Of a stretch of 64,000 bases of DNA, positions 1 to 9,263 are shown in pieces. Both the position numbers and the translations under genes were made by a program. Every line of letters begins with the position of its first letter. The first letter of the stretch is position 1. Source of the DNA: an uncultured Actinomycetes bacterium (GTDB lineage Bacteria; Actinomycetota; Thermoleophilia; UBA2241); contig CAVWIH010000027.1 in NCBI GenBank assembly GCA_963755025.1, positions 23,068 through 87,067 on the forward strand. Reading direction: 5' to 3'. The notes below the pieces were generated by a model. The model was not told where the DNA came from, made no database searches, and worked only from the letters and a program-made list of their open reading frames with translations.

Positions 1-5
1 ATTCC

Positions 6-38
6 TTATTGGACAAATAACTGGTCGCTATTCAAGAT
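6..38 (+). promoter_or_regulatory. Putative hdr operon promoter with AT-rich palindromic operator
   Basis: TTATT-GGACA-AATAA inverted repeat at 6-20 overlaps TGGACA (10-15); CAAGAT follows after a 17-nt spacer (33-38). GGGGAG RBS precedes ATG 69. Confidence 0.4.
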
Positions 39-68
39 GACGTGACCGGCTTGGACGACTGGGGAGCC

Positions 69-1070
69 ATGGCGACGACCACACCTGATATCCCGGCGGT
101 GACGGGCGGCGTGCTGCTCTTTCGCAGCTGCCTGATCTCGACCGAATACCCGGGCTGCGAGGCGGCCACCAAGTGGCTCTTCGAGCGCTTCGGCATCGAG
201 TACGCCGTGCTGCCCGAACAGACCTGCTGCACCGGCTTGGGCTACTACTCGGAGATCGTGCCGGTGGCCACGTCGGTGGCTCTGGCCGCGCGCAACGCCT
301 GCGTCGCGGTCGAGAGCGGCCACCCCGTGATGAGCTACCTCTGCTCGACCTGCTACGCCATCAACAAGAAGGCGCGCAACATACTGGCGGTGCCCGAGTA
401 CCGCGCCGACACCAACCGCGTGCTCGCCGAGCTCGATCGCCAGTACACCGACGACGTCGCGGCCACCGTGCGCCACAGCCACACCATGGAGATCCTGTGG
501 AGCGCCCACGAGTCGATCCCCGGTCTCATCAGGCGGCGGCTCGACGGCATCAAGGTCGCCACCCACCCGGCCTGCCACTACTGCAAGGTCTTCCCCGACG
601 AGGTCGTGGGCGACAGCGAGAACTTCATGATCCCCGAGGACCTGCTCGAGGCCACCGGGGTCGTCAAGACCGGTCTCTACAACGAAAAGACGGGGCACTG
701 CGGGGCCGGCTTTCGCCAGCGCTTCGTGAACCCTTCGATCGCCATGGCGGTCACCCGCGAGAAGCTGCGCCGCCTCGCCCAGGAGAAGGTCGACGTGTGC
801 GTCCACATGTGCCCGAACTGCGCCATCCAGTTCGATCGCCACCACGACATCATCGAGGAGTCGTCGCACGAGACCTACCCCTTCGTGCACCTCCACGTGC
901 AGCAACTCCTGGCTCTCGCCTTGGGAGCCGACCCCGACAAGGACTGCGGCGTGGCCTCGCACTCCCAGGACATCGAGCCGCTGCTGGCGCGCATCGGCGC
1001 GCGCCGCAGGGTCGGCGTGACCCCCGCCGGCGACGCGGCCGGCCCGACTCCGGCCGGAGACCACCAGTGA
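69..1070 (+). CDS. hdrB: Heterodisulfide reductase subunit B (CCG domains)
   Basis: FRSC, QTCCTG, CSTC, HPACHYC, HCGAGFRQRF, MCPNC and QLLALALGAD motifs; RBS GGGGAG before ATG 69. Confidence 0.9.
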   Translation: MATTTPDIPAVTGGVLLFRSCLISTEYPGCEAATKWLFERFGIEYAVLPEQTCCTGLGYYSEIVPVATSVALAARNACVAVESGHPVMSYLCSTCYAINKKARNILAVPEYRADTNRVLAELDRQYTDDVAATVRHSHTMEILWSAHESIPGLIRRRLDGIKVATHPACHYCKVFPDEVVGDSENFMIPEDLLEATGVVKTGLYNEKTGHCGAGFRQRFVNPSIAMAVTREKLRRLAQEKVDVCVHMCPNCAIQFDRHHDIIEESSHETYPFVHLHVQQLLALALGADPDKDCGVASHSQDIEPLLARIGARRRVGVTPAGDAAGPTPAGDHQ

Positions 1071-4000
1071 GGGCCGGCGTCTTTCTGTGCCGGTGCGGCG
1101 GCAACATCTCGGGCGTGCTCGACCTCGAGGACCTCGCCGCCGGCGTGCGCAGCCTCGACGGCGTGGTCGCCGTCGACGTCAACCAGTTCATGTGCGGCAC
1201 CGAGGGTCGCGAGATCATCGCGAAGGCGGTCGAGGACCGCGGCCTCGACCACCTCGTGATCGCCTCATGCTCGCCGCGCTTTCAGGGGCCGACCTTCGAG
1301 CGCATCGCCCGCGAGCTGCGCCTCGGCGAGAACGCCGTCGCCTTCGCCAACATCCGCGAGGGCTGCTCGTTCATCCACGCCGCCGTTCCGGCGCTGGCCC
1401 AGGAGAAGGCCCGCAAGATCGTGCGCGCCGCCGTAGCCCGCGCCCACTGTCAGTCCGACCTGCCGCGCTCACGCACGTTCCTGCACCGCTCGGCGCTCGT
1501 GGTCGGCGGCGGCATCGCCGGCATGACGGCCGCCGAAGAGCTTGCCGGCGCCGGCATCGAGGTCCACCTGGTCGAGCAGTCGCCGAGCCTGGGCGGCTAC
1601 ATGGCGCGACTCTCCAAGACCTTTCCCACCGAGGACTGCGCCATGTGCTCACTGGCGCCGCGCCTGACCACCACCGCCCTCGAGTCGCGCGTGCACCTGC
1701 ACACGCTGACCGAGGTCGGCGAGATCTCGGGCCCGCCCGGCGAGTTTCGCGTGACGCTGCGCCACAAGCCGCGCTACGTCACCGAGGCCTGCGTGGGCTG
1801 CGGCGAGTGCGAGCCCGTGTGCCCGGTGAGCTACGGCAACGACTTCGATTTCGGCGTCGCCCAGCGGCGCGCCATCAACCGGCCCTTCGCCAACGCCGTG
1901 CCGGCCACGTTCCACGTAGAGCGCAAGGGCTGGTCGCCCTGTAAGAGCGCCTGCGCCGTGCACACCTCGGCTCAGGGCTACGTCGCCCTGGTCGCCGCCG
2001 GGCGCTTCGCCGAGGCCTATCGCGTGGCCGCCGAGCCCAACCCGTTTCCCAGCGTCTGCGGACGCATCTGCACGCGTCTGTGCGAGACCGCCTGCGCGCG
2101 CGGCGCCGTCGACCAGCCGGTCGCCATCGCCGCCCTCAAGCGCTTCGTGGCCGACGAGATCGGCCCCACGCTGCCGGTAGCGCCGGCCCCGGTCATCCAC
2201 GACGAGAAGGTCGCCGTGGTGGGCGGCGGGCCGGCCGGCCTGACCGCCGCCCGCGACCTCGCCGACCTGGGCTACGCCACCACCGTCTTCGAGGCCCAGC
2301 CGGTGGCCGGCGGCATGCTGCGCACCGGCATCCCCGACTACCGCCTGCCGGGCGCCACCATCCAGCGCGAGATCGACCAGATCCTCGCCCGGGGCGTCGA
2401 GCTGCGCTTGAACCAGCGCGCCGGCGCCGACTTCACGGTCGACGGGCTGCTCGCCGACGGCTTCAGCGCCGTCTACCTGGCCACCGGGCTGCAGCGGAGC
2501 GCCGCTGTCGAGATCCCCGGCGCCGAGCTCGACGGCGTGCAGGGGGCGGTCGAGCTGCTGCGCGCCGTCAACCTCGGCCGACCGGCGGCGGTGGGCGCCA
2601 GGGTCGTCGTGATCGGCGGCGGCGACGTCGCCCTCGACGCCGCCCGCAGCGCCATCCGACTGCAGGTGACCGCCGGGCGCGAGCCCGACGTCACGCTGGT
2701 TTACCGGCGCTCCAGGGTCGAGATGCCGGCCAACGCAAGCGAGGTCGACGAGGCCAAAGACGAGGGCCTCAAGGTCGAGTTCCTCGTGCAGCCGGTCGCG
2801 ATCTGCGGCAAGGACGGCGCGGTCGCCGGTCTCACGGCCGAGCGCTGCGCGCTCGCCGAGCCCGACGCTTCGGGCCGCCGCCGGCCGCTGCCCATCGCCG
2901 GCTCGCGGTTCGAGCTGGCGTGCGACACGGTGATCTTCGCCGTCGGCCAGGCCGTCGTGACCGACTTCCTCGACGGCTGCGCCGGCGTGCGCCTCGAGGA
3001 CGGCCAGGTGAAGACCGACCGCGACACCGGCATGACCGACCGCCCCGGCGTCTTCGCCGGCGGCGACGTGGCGGCCACCGGCCTGTTCACCGCCATCGAA
3101 GCGGTCGCCGCCGGCCGCCGCGCCGCCGCCGCCATCCACAACCACCTGCGCGGCGAGACGCTGCTGCCGGTCTGGCAGCAGGAGCAGGGCGCCGCTCGCC
3201 CGACGACCGAGGAGCTCGCCGCCGTCGCCGTGGGCCAGCGCGTGCCGATGGCGCTGGTCGACGGACTGCGCCGCCGCGCCGACTGGCACGAGATCTCGCC
3301 CGGCTACGACGCCGCAGGGGCCGTCGCAGAGGCCGCGCGCTGTCTGTCGTGCGCCGTCTGCGCCGACTGCGGCTCGTGCGTGCGCGCCTGTCCGTCGGGC
3401 GCCGTCGACCTGGACGACCGCGAGTGGCGTGAAGAGATCTCGGTGGGCGCCGTGATCGTGGCCACCGGCCATCAGGAGTTCGACGCCCGGCGCAAGCCGG
3501 CGCTCGGCTTCGGCCGCTTTCGCAACGTCCTGACCCAGAGCCAGCTGGCCCGCCTGCTGGCCGCGGCCGGACCGACCGAGGGCGAGGTTCGCCGGCCTTC
3601 CGACGGCGCCGCGCCGCGCAGGATCTTCATGCTGCAGTGCGTGGGTTCGCGCGACTGCCAGAGCAGCGGCAACGAGCATTGCTCGGCCGTCTGCTGCCTG
3701 TTCGCCACCCTGCACGCCTCGCTGCTCAAACAGCACTACCCCGACGCCGAGATCACCATCGCCTACACGGACATGCGCACCCCGGGCAAGGGGCACGAGG
3801 AGTACTACCGTCTCGTGCAGAGCCGCGGCGTGCGCTACGTGCGCGGCCGCATCGCCGAGCTCGTCGAAGAACCCGACGAGCGCCTGCGCGTGCGCCTCGA
3901 GGACACAGCGACCGGCGCCAAGCACGAGGAGCTGTTCGACCTGGTCGTGCTCTCGGCGGGCCTCGAGGCCTCGGACGGCACCCGGCAGATCGCCCGGGTG

Positions 4001-4420
4001 GCCGGCCTGCAGACGGGCGCGGCCGGCTTCATCAAGGAGTACCACCCCAAGCTCGCCCCCGTCGACACGCAGCGCGCCGGCATGTTCGTGTGCGGCACCG
4101 CGCAGGGGCCCAAGAACATCCCCGACTCGATCGCCCAGGCCAAGGCGGCGGCGGCGCGCGCGGTCGCCATGCTGTCCAGCGGCTTCGTGCTCACCCCGGC
4201 CCAGGTGGCTTCGTCGGACACGACCGTCTGCATAGGCTGCGGCGTCTGCGAAAGCTCGTGTCCGCAGGGCGCGGTGGCGCTCTCGGGCGCGGTCGCGCAC
4301 GCCGTGGTCGACGCCAACGTCTGCCGCGGCTGCGGCATCTGCGCCGCCGACTGCCCCTCGGGCGCCATGCAGCTGGGCGGCTTCAGCGACGCCGAGATCC
4401 TCGCCGAGGTGACGGTGTGA
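1067..4420 (+). CDS. hdrL: Large HdrA-family protein (HdrL type) with inserted GltD/SudA-like FAD/NAD(P)H module
   Basis: GTG start overlaps the hdrB stop (GTGA). GVFLCRCGGNI, NIREGCS, GGGIAG, KTFPTEDCAMC; GltD motifs NPFPSVCGRICTRLCE, GGGPAG, GGGDVALD, YRRSR; then QCVGSRD, CSAVCC, GPKNIPDS and a C-terminal 2x[4Fe-4S] domain. Confidence 0.9.
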   Translation: MRAGVFLCRCGGNISGVLDLEDLAAGVRSLDGVVAVDVNQFMCGTEGREIIAKAVEDRGLDHLVIASCSPRFQGPTFERIARELRLGENAVAFANIREGCSFIHAAVPALAQEKARKIVRAAVARAHCQSDLPRSRTFLHRSALVVGGGIAGMTAAEELAGAGIEVHLVEQSPSLGGYMARLSKTFPTEDCAMCSLAPRLTTTALESRVHLHTLTEVGEISGPPGEFRVTLRHKPRYVTEACVGCGECEPVCPVSYGNDFDFGVAQRRAINRPFANAVPATFHVERKGWSPCKSACAVHTSAQGYVALVAAGRFAEAYRVAAEPNPFPSVCGRICTRLCETACARGAVDQPVAIAALKRFVADEIGPTLPVAPAPVIHDEKVAVVGGGPAGLTAARDLADLGYATTVFEAQPVAGGMLRTGIPDYRLPGATIQREIDQILARGVELRLNQRAGADFTVDGLLADGFSAVYLATGLQRSAAVEIPGAELDGVQGAVELLRAVNLGRPAAVGARVVVIGGGDVALDAARSAIRLQVTAGREPDVTLVYRRSRVEMPANASEVDEAKDEGLKVEFLVQPVAICGKDGAVAGLTAERCALAEPDASGRRRPLPIAGSRFELACDTVIFAVGQAVVTDFLDGCAGVRLEDGQVKTDRDTGMTDRPGVFAGGDVAATGLFTAIEAVAAGRRAAAAIHNHLRGETLLPVWQQEQGAARPTTEELAAVAVGQRVPMALVDGLRRRADWHEISPGYDAAGAVAEAARCLSCAVCADCGSCVRACPSGAVDLDDREWREEISVGAVIVATGHQEFDARRKPALGFGRFRNVLTQSQLARLLAAAGPTEGEVRRPSDGAAPRRIFMLQCVGSRDCQSSGNEHCSAVCCLFATLHASLLKQHYPDAEITIAYTDMRTPGKGHEEYYRLVQSRGVRYVRGRIAELVEEPDERLRVRLEDTATGAKHEELFDLVVLSAGLEASDGTRQIARVAGLQTGAAGFIKEYHPKLAPVDTQRAGMFVCGTAQGPKNIPDSIAQAKAAAARAVAMLSSGFVLTPAQVASSDTTVCIGCGVCESSCPQGAVALSGAVAHAVVDANVCRGCGICAADCPSGAMQLGGFSDAEILAEVTV

Positions 4421-5004
4421 GTGTGGTGGCCGGGGTCGCCCGGGCGCTGCCGGGAGTGCACGCCGCGCCGGAGGCAAGCGAAGTGCCGAGCGCGGCCGCC
4501 GCGGAGGATGCGGCCCCGCGGGGTGCAGCCGTGCCGGGTGCCGCCGCGCCGGGTGCCGCCGCGCCGGGTGCCGCCGCCCTGGGTGCCGCCGCGCCGGGTG
4601 CGGAGCCGCGCCGCACCGTCGTCGCCTTCTGCTGTCGCGAGTGCGCTTACGCCGCGGCCGACGCCAGCGCCAACGCGCGCACGTCGCTGCCGCCGACCGT
4701 GCGCCTGGTGCTGCTGCCTTGCACGGGCCGGGTCTCGCCGCTGCACCTGCTCGAGGCGCTGGCCGGCGACGCCGACGGCGTCATGGTGGCGGGCTGCCTC
4801 GAGGGCCAGTGCCACTATCGCGAGGGCAACTTCAACGCCCTCGACCGCGTGCTGTTCGTGCAGCGCGTGCTGGCCTCGGTGGGCGTCGAACCCGAGCGCG
4901 CGCGCATGTTCACCATGAGCGCCGGCGAGCCGCCCAGGTTCGCGGCCGCCGTGCGCGAGATGGACCGCGCGATCGCCGCCCTGCCGCCCCTGCCGAGGTC
5001 GTGA
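4417..5004 (+). CDS. mvhD: MvhD/FlpD-type [2Fe-2S] subunit with Ala/Pro-rich N-terminal extension
   Basis: FCCRECAYAAAD, PCTGRV, GCLEGQCHYREGN, ERARMFTMSAGE; GTGA overlap with hdrL. Confidence 0.88.
   Translation: MSVVAGVARALPGVHAAPEASEVPSAAAAEDAAPRGAAVPGAAAPGAAAPGAAALGAAAPGAEPRRTVVAFCCRECAYAAADASANARTSLPPTVRLVLLPCTGRVSPLHLLEALAGDADGVMVAGCLEGQCHYREGNFNALDRVLFVQRVLASVGVEPERARMFTMSAGEPPRFAAAVREMDRAIAALPPLPRS
4521..4601 (+). repeat. 15-bp tandem repeat, about 5 copies (GAAAP)
   Basis: GGGTGCCGCCGCGCC-like units at 4521, 4536, 4551, 4566, 4581. Confidence 0.9.
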
Positions 5005-5006
5005 CG

Positions 5007-5423
5007 ATGCCGCTGAGCCACCGCGGCCGCGAGGTACTGGAGCGTCTGCCGCAGGCCGCCTTTGCCGGCGACAGCGCTCTGGGCTGCGAGATCGTGCGCC
5101 ACGACGAGCTCTGCGTGGGCTGCGGCAGGTGCGCCGCCGCCTGCCCGAGCGGGGCCAACACCCAGAGCGACCGTTTCGACGTGAACCAGCTTCTCGACGC
5201 CCCCCAGGGCAGCCGGCGCGGCGCCCTGGGCGCCGCCTTGCGGCGCCTGCAGCGCCGCGCCCCCGACGGCCCCGTGGCCGTGCCCGCGCGCGTCACGACC
5301 TATCGCACGATCGACTACGACGCCGCCGTCTGCCTGGGCTGCGGCGCCTGCGCCCGCGCCTGCCCGGCGCAGGCCATCGAGGCGCTGGCCCCGCGGGTCG
5401 CGCCGGTCGAGGTCGCGACGTGA
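5007..5423 (+). CDS. 2x[4Fe-4S] ferredoxin-like protein with long inter-cluster insert
   Basis: CVGCGRCAAACP and CLGCGACARACP; start is GTG 5001 or ATG 5007. Confidence 0.8.
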   Translation: MPLSHRGREVLERLPQAAFAGDSALGCEIVRHDELCVGCGRCAAACPSGANTQSDRFDVNQLLDAPQGSRRGALGAALRRLQRRAPDGPVAVPARVTTYRTIDYDAAVCLGCGACARACPAQAIEALAPRVAPVEVAT

Positions 5424-8002
5424 GCGGCGTCGAGGCCGCCACCGGCGCCACTGTGAGCGGCGCCGCCGCCGCGAGCGACGCGAACCTCGCCACGACGATC
5501 GCGCACGCCGCGAGCGGCGCCCGGCCGCTCGTGCTGCTCTGCGAGTGCGCCGGCACCATGGCCAACATCGACTTCGCGGCGCTCGAGACGCGCCTCGCCG
5601 CCCACGCCGACGTGCGGCGCGGCGCCCACTGGTGTGCGCGCGACGGCCAGGCGCGCCTGCTCGAGCTCCTCGAGGGCGACCCGCGGCGGCCGGTCTTCGC
5701 CGGCTGCTCGCGCGACTTCTCCGACCGCCGCTTCCAGCGCCTCGCGGCGCGCGGCCTGCGCCTCGAGACGGCCGACATCCGCGAGGGCTGCTCGTGGGTG
5801 CACGACGGCGACACGGCGGTCGTCACCGACAAGGCGGCCCGCATAGTCCTGGCGGCGATGGCCTACCCGAGCGCTTCGGCCGATACGCTGGCCCGTACGC
5901 ACAGGATCGACTCGGTCCTGGTGATCGGCGGCGGCGTGGCGGGCACACAGGCCGCCGTCGAGCTCGCCCAGATGGGTCACCGCGTCGACATGGTCGAGAG
6001 GCGCCCGTTCCTGGGCGGCCGCGCGGCCCGCATAGGCACAGTGTTCCCGACCAACGACTGCGGCCAGTGCCTGCCGACCACCGACGCCCAGGCGGGCACG
6101 CGCAAGTGCTTTCACCGCAACGTCGCCATCGACGACCCCAGCCTGCACATCTGGCGGCGCACCACCGTCGAGGCGGTCACCGGGCGCCCCGGCGAGTTCG
6201 AGGTCGCCCTCAAGCGCCTGCCGAACATCGTCACCGCCGAGTGCCTCAACTGCAGCACCTGCGAGACCGTCTGCCCGGAGCCGTCGAGCGACGGCGCGCA
6301 CAAGGCGATCTTCGCCGAGTTCTACGACGGCCGCGTGGTGCGCACCGTCGACCTCGACACGTGCACCTTCTGCGGCGCCTGCGCCAAGGACTGCCCCGTG
6401 CAGGCCATCGACTTCAGCCAGTCTCCGGAGCGCACCACCGTCAAGGCCGGGGCGGTGCTCACCGCCGTGGGCTGCGACCCTTCGCCGGCGGCGCTCATCG
6501 ACCACCTCGGCTACGGCCGCGACAACGTGGTCACGCAGACCGAGTTCGCCGAGATGATGGACGACTGGACCGCCATGGCGTCGGTGGGCCGCACGCCGGC
6601 TCGCGACGTCGTGATGGTGCAGTGCGCCGGCTCGCGCGACCGCCGCCGCCTGCCCTACTGCTCGCGCCTCTGCTGCATGATCGCCCTCAAGCACGCGACG
6701 CGGCTCAAGCGCCTCTTTCCCGAGATGAAGGTGACGATCTGCTACCTCGAGCTGCGCACGGCCGGCATCGGCTACGAGAACTGGTACCTCGAGGCGCGGC
6801 GCGCCGGCGTCGAGTTCCTGCGCGGCACGCCGCCCAGCGTGCAGTTCGACGAGCACGGCCGACCGGTGATCGAGGTCGAAGACATGACGGTGACCGAGAA
6901 GAAGACGTTGCGCCCCGACCTGGTCGTGCTCTCGCACGGCATGGTACCGGCGAAGGAGGTCGCGAGCCTGGCCGAGGTGCTGGGCATCGAGAGGAGCGAG
7001 GACGGCTTCGTCGAGATCCTCGACCGCAAGAACCGCGCCACCGAGACGACCCGCGAGGGCATCTTCGTGTGCGGCTCGGCGGCCGGTCCCAAGGCGCTCG
7101 TCGAGTGCAACACCGAGGCCTCGGCGGTGGCGGCCGAGATCCACAACTTCCTGGGCTCGGCCGGCCGCCGCATGTCGCCCGCCTCGACCGTGCGCGCGGC
7201 GGCCTGCGTGGGCTGCGACGTGTGCGAGTCGATGTGCCCCTTCGGCGCCATCAGCCGCGTCGAGCGCCCGGCCGGGGCGCCGCGCCCGGCCGAGGTCGAC
7301 GGCGACGGCAGACTGGCCGTCATCGACTCGGAGACCTGCCGTGCCTGCGGCATCTGCGCCGCCAACTGCCCGGAGATGGCGATCGAGCATCACCTCTCCG
7401 ACGACGACCTCACCGGCCGCCTGCGCCTGCTGGCGGGCGACGTCGAACGACCGGTGATCGGCTTCTACTGCAAGGAGTGCGCCGGCGCGGCGATCGCCCT
7501 GAGCGGGCTGCGCCACGACGCCTACCCCGCCAACGTCTGCCTGATCGAGCTGCCCTGCCTGGGCCGGGTGAGCGCCCTGCATATCGTCGAGGCGGCCCGC
7601 CTGGGCGCGGCCGGCGTCTTTTTGGCCGGCTGCGCCGAGGGCCGCTGCCAGTTTCGCGCAGGCGACACGAGCGCCGCCGCCCAGGCGGCGCTCGCCGACG
7701 AGTTGCTCACCGCCGCGGGGCTGGCCATGCCGCTCGAGCTCTGGCACCTGTGCGCCGTCGATCGCGGCACCGTCGGGCGCCGTATCCGCCTGTTCTGCGC
7801 ACGCGCCCAGGGCGACGAGGCCGCCGCCGCGATGCTCGTCTCCGAGACCCACCTCGTGGACCGGGCCACCGGCGCCGGCGACACCGCGGGCGACGCGCCG
7901 CGCGCACACGGCGCCGGTGACGAGGACTCTCCGCTGGGCGGGCGCCGCTCGCGCGGCGTCAGGGCGTCGCTTGCCGAAGGGGGTTGCCGTGACTGTCGCT
8001 GA
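5420..8002 (+). CDS. hdrA: HdrA-MvhD fusion (QmoB/HdrA-like architecture)
   Basis: LCECAGTM, DIREGCSWVH, GGGVAG, FPTNDCGQC, two ferredoxin domains, QCAGSRD, CSRLCCMIALKH; C-terminal MvhD motifs FYCKEC, PCLGRV, GCAEGRC. Confidence 0.88.
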   Translation: MSGVEAATGATVSGAAAASDANLATTIAHAASGARPLVLLCECAGTMANIDFAALETRLAAHADVRRGAHWCARDGQARLLELLEGDPRRPVFAGCSRDFSDRRFQRLAARGLRLETADIREGCSWVHDGDTAVVTDKAARIVLAAMAYPSASADTLARTHRIDSVLVIGGGVAGTQAAVELAQMGHRVDMVERRPFLGGRAARIGTVFPTNDCGQCLPTTDAQAGTRKCFHRNVAIDDPSLHIWRRTTVEAVTGRPGEFEVALKRLPNIVTAECLNCSTCETVCPEPSSDGAHKAIFAEFYDGRVVRTVDLDTCTFCGACAKDCPVQAIDFSQSPERTTVKAGAVLTAVGCDPSPAALIDHLGYGRDNVVTQTEFAEMMDDWTAMASVGRTPARDVVMVQCAGSRDRRRLPYCSRLCCMIALKHATRLKRLFPEMKVTICYLELRTAGIGYENWYLEARRAGVEFLRGTPPSVQFDEHGRPVIEVEDMTVTEKKTLRPDLVVLSHGMVPAKEVASLAEVLGIERSEDGFVEILDRKNRATETTREGIFVCGSAAGPKALVECNTEASAVAAEIHNFLGSAGRRMSPASTVRAAACVGCDVCESMCPFGAISRVERPAGAPRPAEVDGDGRLAVIDSETCRACGICAANCPEMAIEHHLSDDDLTGRLRLLAGDVERPVIGFYCKECAGAAIALSGLRHDAYPANVCLIELPCLGRVSALHIVEAARLGAAGVFLAGCAEGRCQFRAGDTSAAAQAALADELLTAAGLAMPLELWHLCAVDRGTVGRRIRLFCARAQGDEAAAAMLVSETHLVDRATGAGDTAGDAPRAHGAGDEDSPLGGRRSRGVRASLAEGGCRDCR

Positions 8003-9263
8003 ACCGGTGCGGGGCGCGGTCGCCGCCATCGCCGCCGACTACCGCATCTGCTACCAGTGCGGCCAGTGCACCGCCGCCTGCCCGAGCGGCGCCGACCTGC
8101 GGTCGGGGCCACGGCGCGTCATGCGCCTGCTGCTCGCCGAGCAGGCCGAGCAGCTCCTCGCCTGCGAGGACATCTGGCGCTGCACCGGCTGCGGCGCCTG
8201 CAGCGCCGCCTGCCCCATGGACCTTGACGTGGCCGAGGCGCTGGCCCGGGTGCGCGCGCTGGAGCGCGCGCACGGCGGCCAGCGCTGCCCCGAGCGCGGC
8301 GCCGCCTTGGTGGCCGCGCGGCGGCTCGCCGAGCACGACACGATCGACTCGCTGGCGTTCGGCACGGCCATGGCCGGCCGCGGCTACGTGCCGAGCGACC
8401 TCGTCGGCGCCGCGGGCGCCGCGGCGCGCCTGCTCCAGGGCCGGCTGCGGCGGACCGCGCATCCTCAGGCAGCCGGGCCCGCGACGGCCACGGCGGCGGC
8501 CGCGTCGCACGCGGCGGCCGCTTCCGAGTCGCTCGCCACAGGTTCGGCGGCGGGGTTCGCGGCGGCGGCTGCGGGGTTCGCGGCGGCGGCTGCGCCGCCG
8601 CTCCCCTTCTACCCGGGTTGCGCCCTCACCCAGGACGCGGCGGCCCACGCCCTCACGCGCGCCGCGGCCGCCGGCCTTGGTCTGGAGCTCAGCGAGACAA
8701 GCGGCGCGCCCTGCTGCGGGCACCCCAGCCGCGGCGCGGCCGCGCCGGGCGCGATGGGCGACGAGACGCTCGTCACCGCCTGTCCGGCCTGCGACCGGAG
8801 CCTGCGCGAGGCCGGCATCCCGACGACGCCCCTCTGGGAGGCGCTCGTCGACCGCACGTTGCGCGGCGGTCGCGACCTGCGAGCGGCCGGCGCGGCCTTC
8901 GTGCCCTACGTCGGTTGCCTCGCCGAGCGCGACCGCGCCCTCGACACGCTGGCCGGCGCGGCCGCCCTTGCCCAAGTCGACTGCCTGACCTCGTACCCGG
9001 CGCTGCACAGCGGCTGCTGCGGCGCCCTGGGCGGCATGTACCGCGGCGAGACGCAGGCGGTGCGGCGGTTGCTCGACTACGCCGCCGAACGCGACGCCGC
9101 CGTGGTCACCACCTGCCTGCTATGCCGCGACAACCTGCGTTCGTCCGCCCGCCGGCGCCGGCTGCCGGTCCAGGTCCAGTTCTGGCCCGAGTTCTTCAGC
9201 GCCGCCGGCCCCGCCGCCGACGCCGGACCCACCAACTTCACCGATGGAGGCGCCCATGACTGA
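7989..9263 (+). CDS. Compact HdrC-HdrB (HdrD-like) fusion: 4Fe-4S dicluster plus two CCG domains
   Basis: CYQCGQCTAACP, IWRCTGCGACSAACP, then FYPGC/CCG/CPAC and YVGC/CCG/CLLC. Confidence 0.8.
   Translation: MTVAEPVRGAVAAIAADYRICYQCGQCTAACPSGADLRSGPRRVMRLLLAEQAEQLLACEDIWRCTGCGACSAACPMDLDVAEALARVRALERAHGGQRCPERGAALVAARRLAEHDTIDSLAFGTAMAGRGYVPSDLVGAAGAAARLLQGRLRRTAHPQAAGPATATAAAASHAAAASESLATGSAAGFAAAAAGFAAAAAPPLPFYPGCALTQDAAAHALTRAAAAGLGLELSETSGAPCCGHPSRGAAAPGAMGDETLVTACPACDRSLREAGIPTTPLWEALVDRTLRGGRDLRAAGAAFVPYVGCLAERDRALDTLAGAAALAQVDCLTSYPALHSGCCGALGGMYRGETQAVRRLLDYAAERDAAVVTTCLLCRDNLRSSARRRRLPVQVQFWPEFFSAAGPAADAGPTNFTDGGAHD

Noticed and set aside
4417-8002. Selenocysteine recoding in MvhD/HdrA
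   Set aside because: Expected Cys positions are ordinary Cys codons; the TGA codons are gene ends in GTGA-type overlaps.
1649-8029. Very long antisense and alternate-frame ORFs (e.g. 1649-4477, 5315-8029; also 21196-25338 and the 5' part of 22686-26444)
   Set aside because: Shadow ORFs expected from GC-rich codon bias; Arg/Gly/Ala-rich with no motifs and overlapping well-supported genes.
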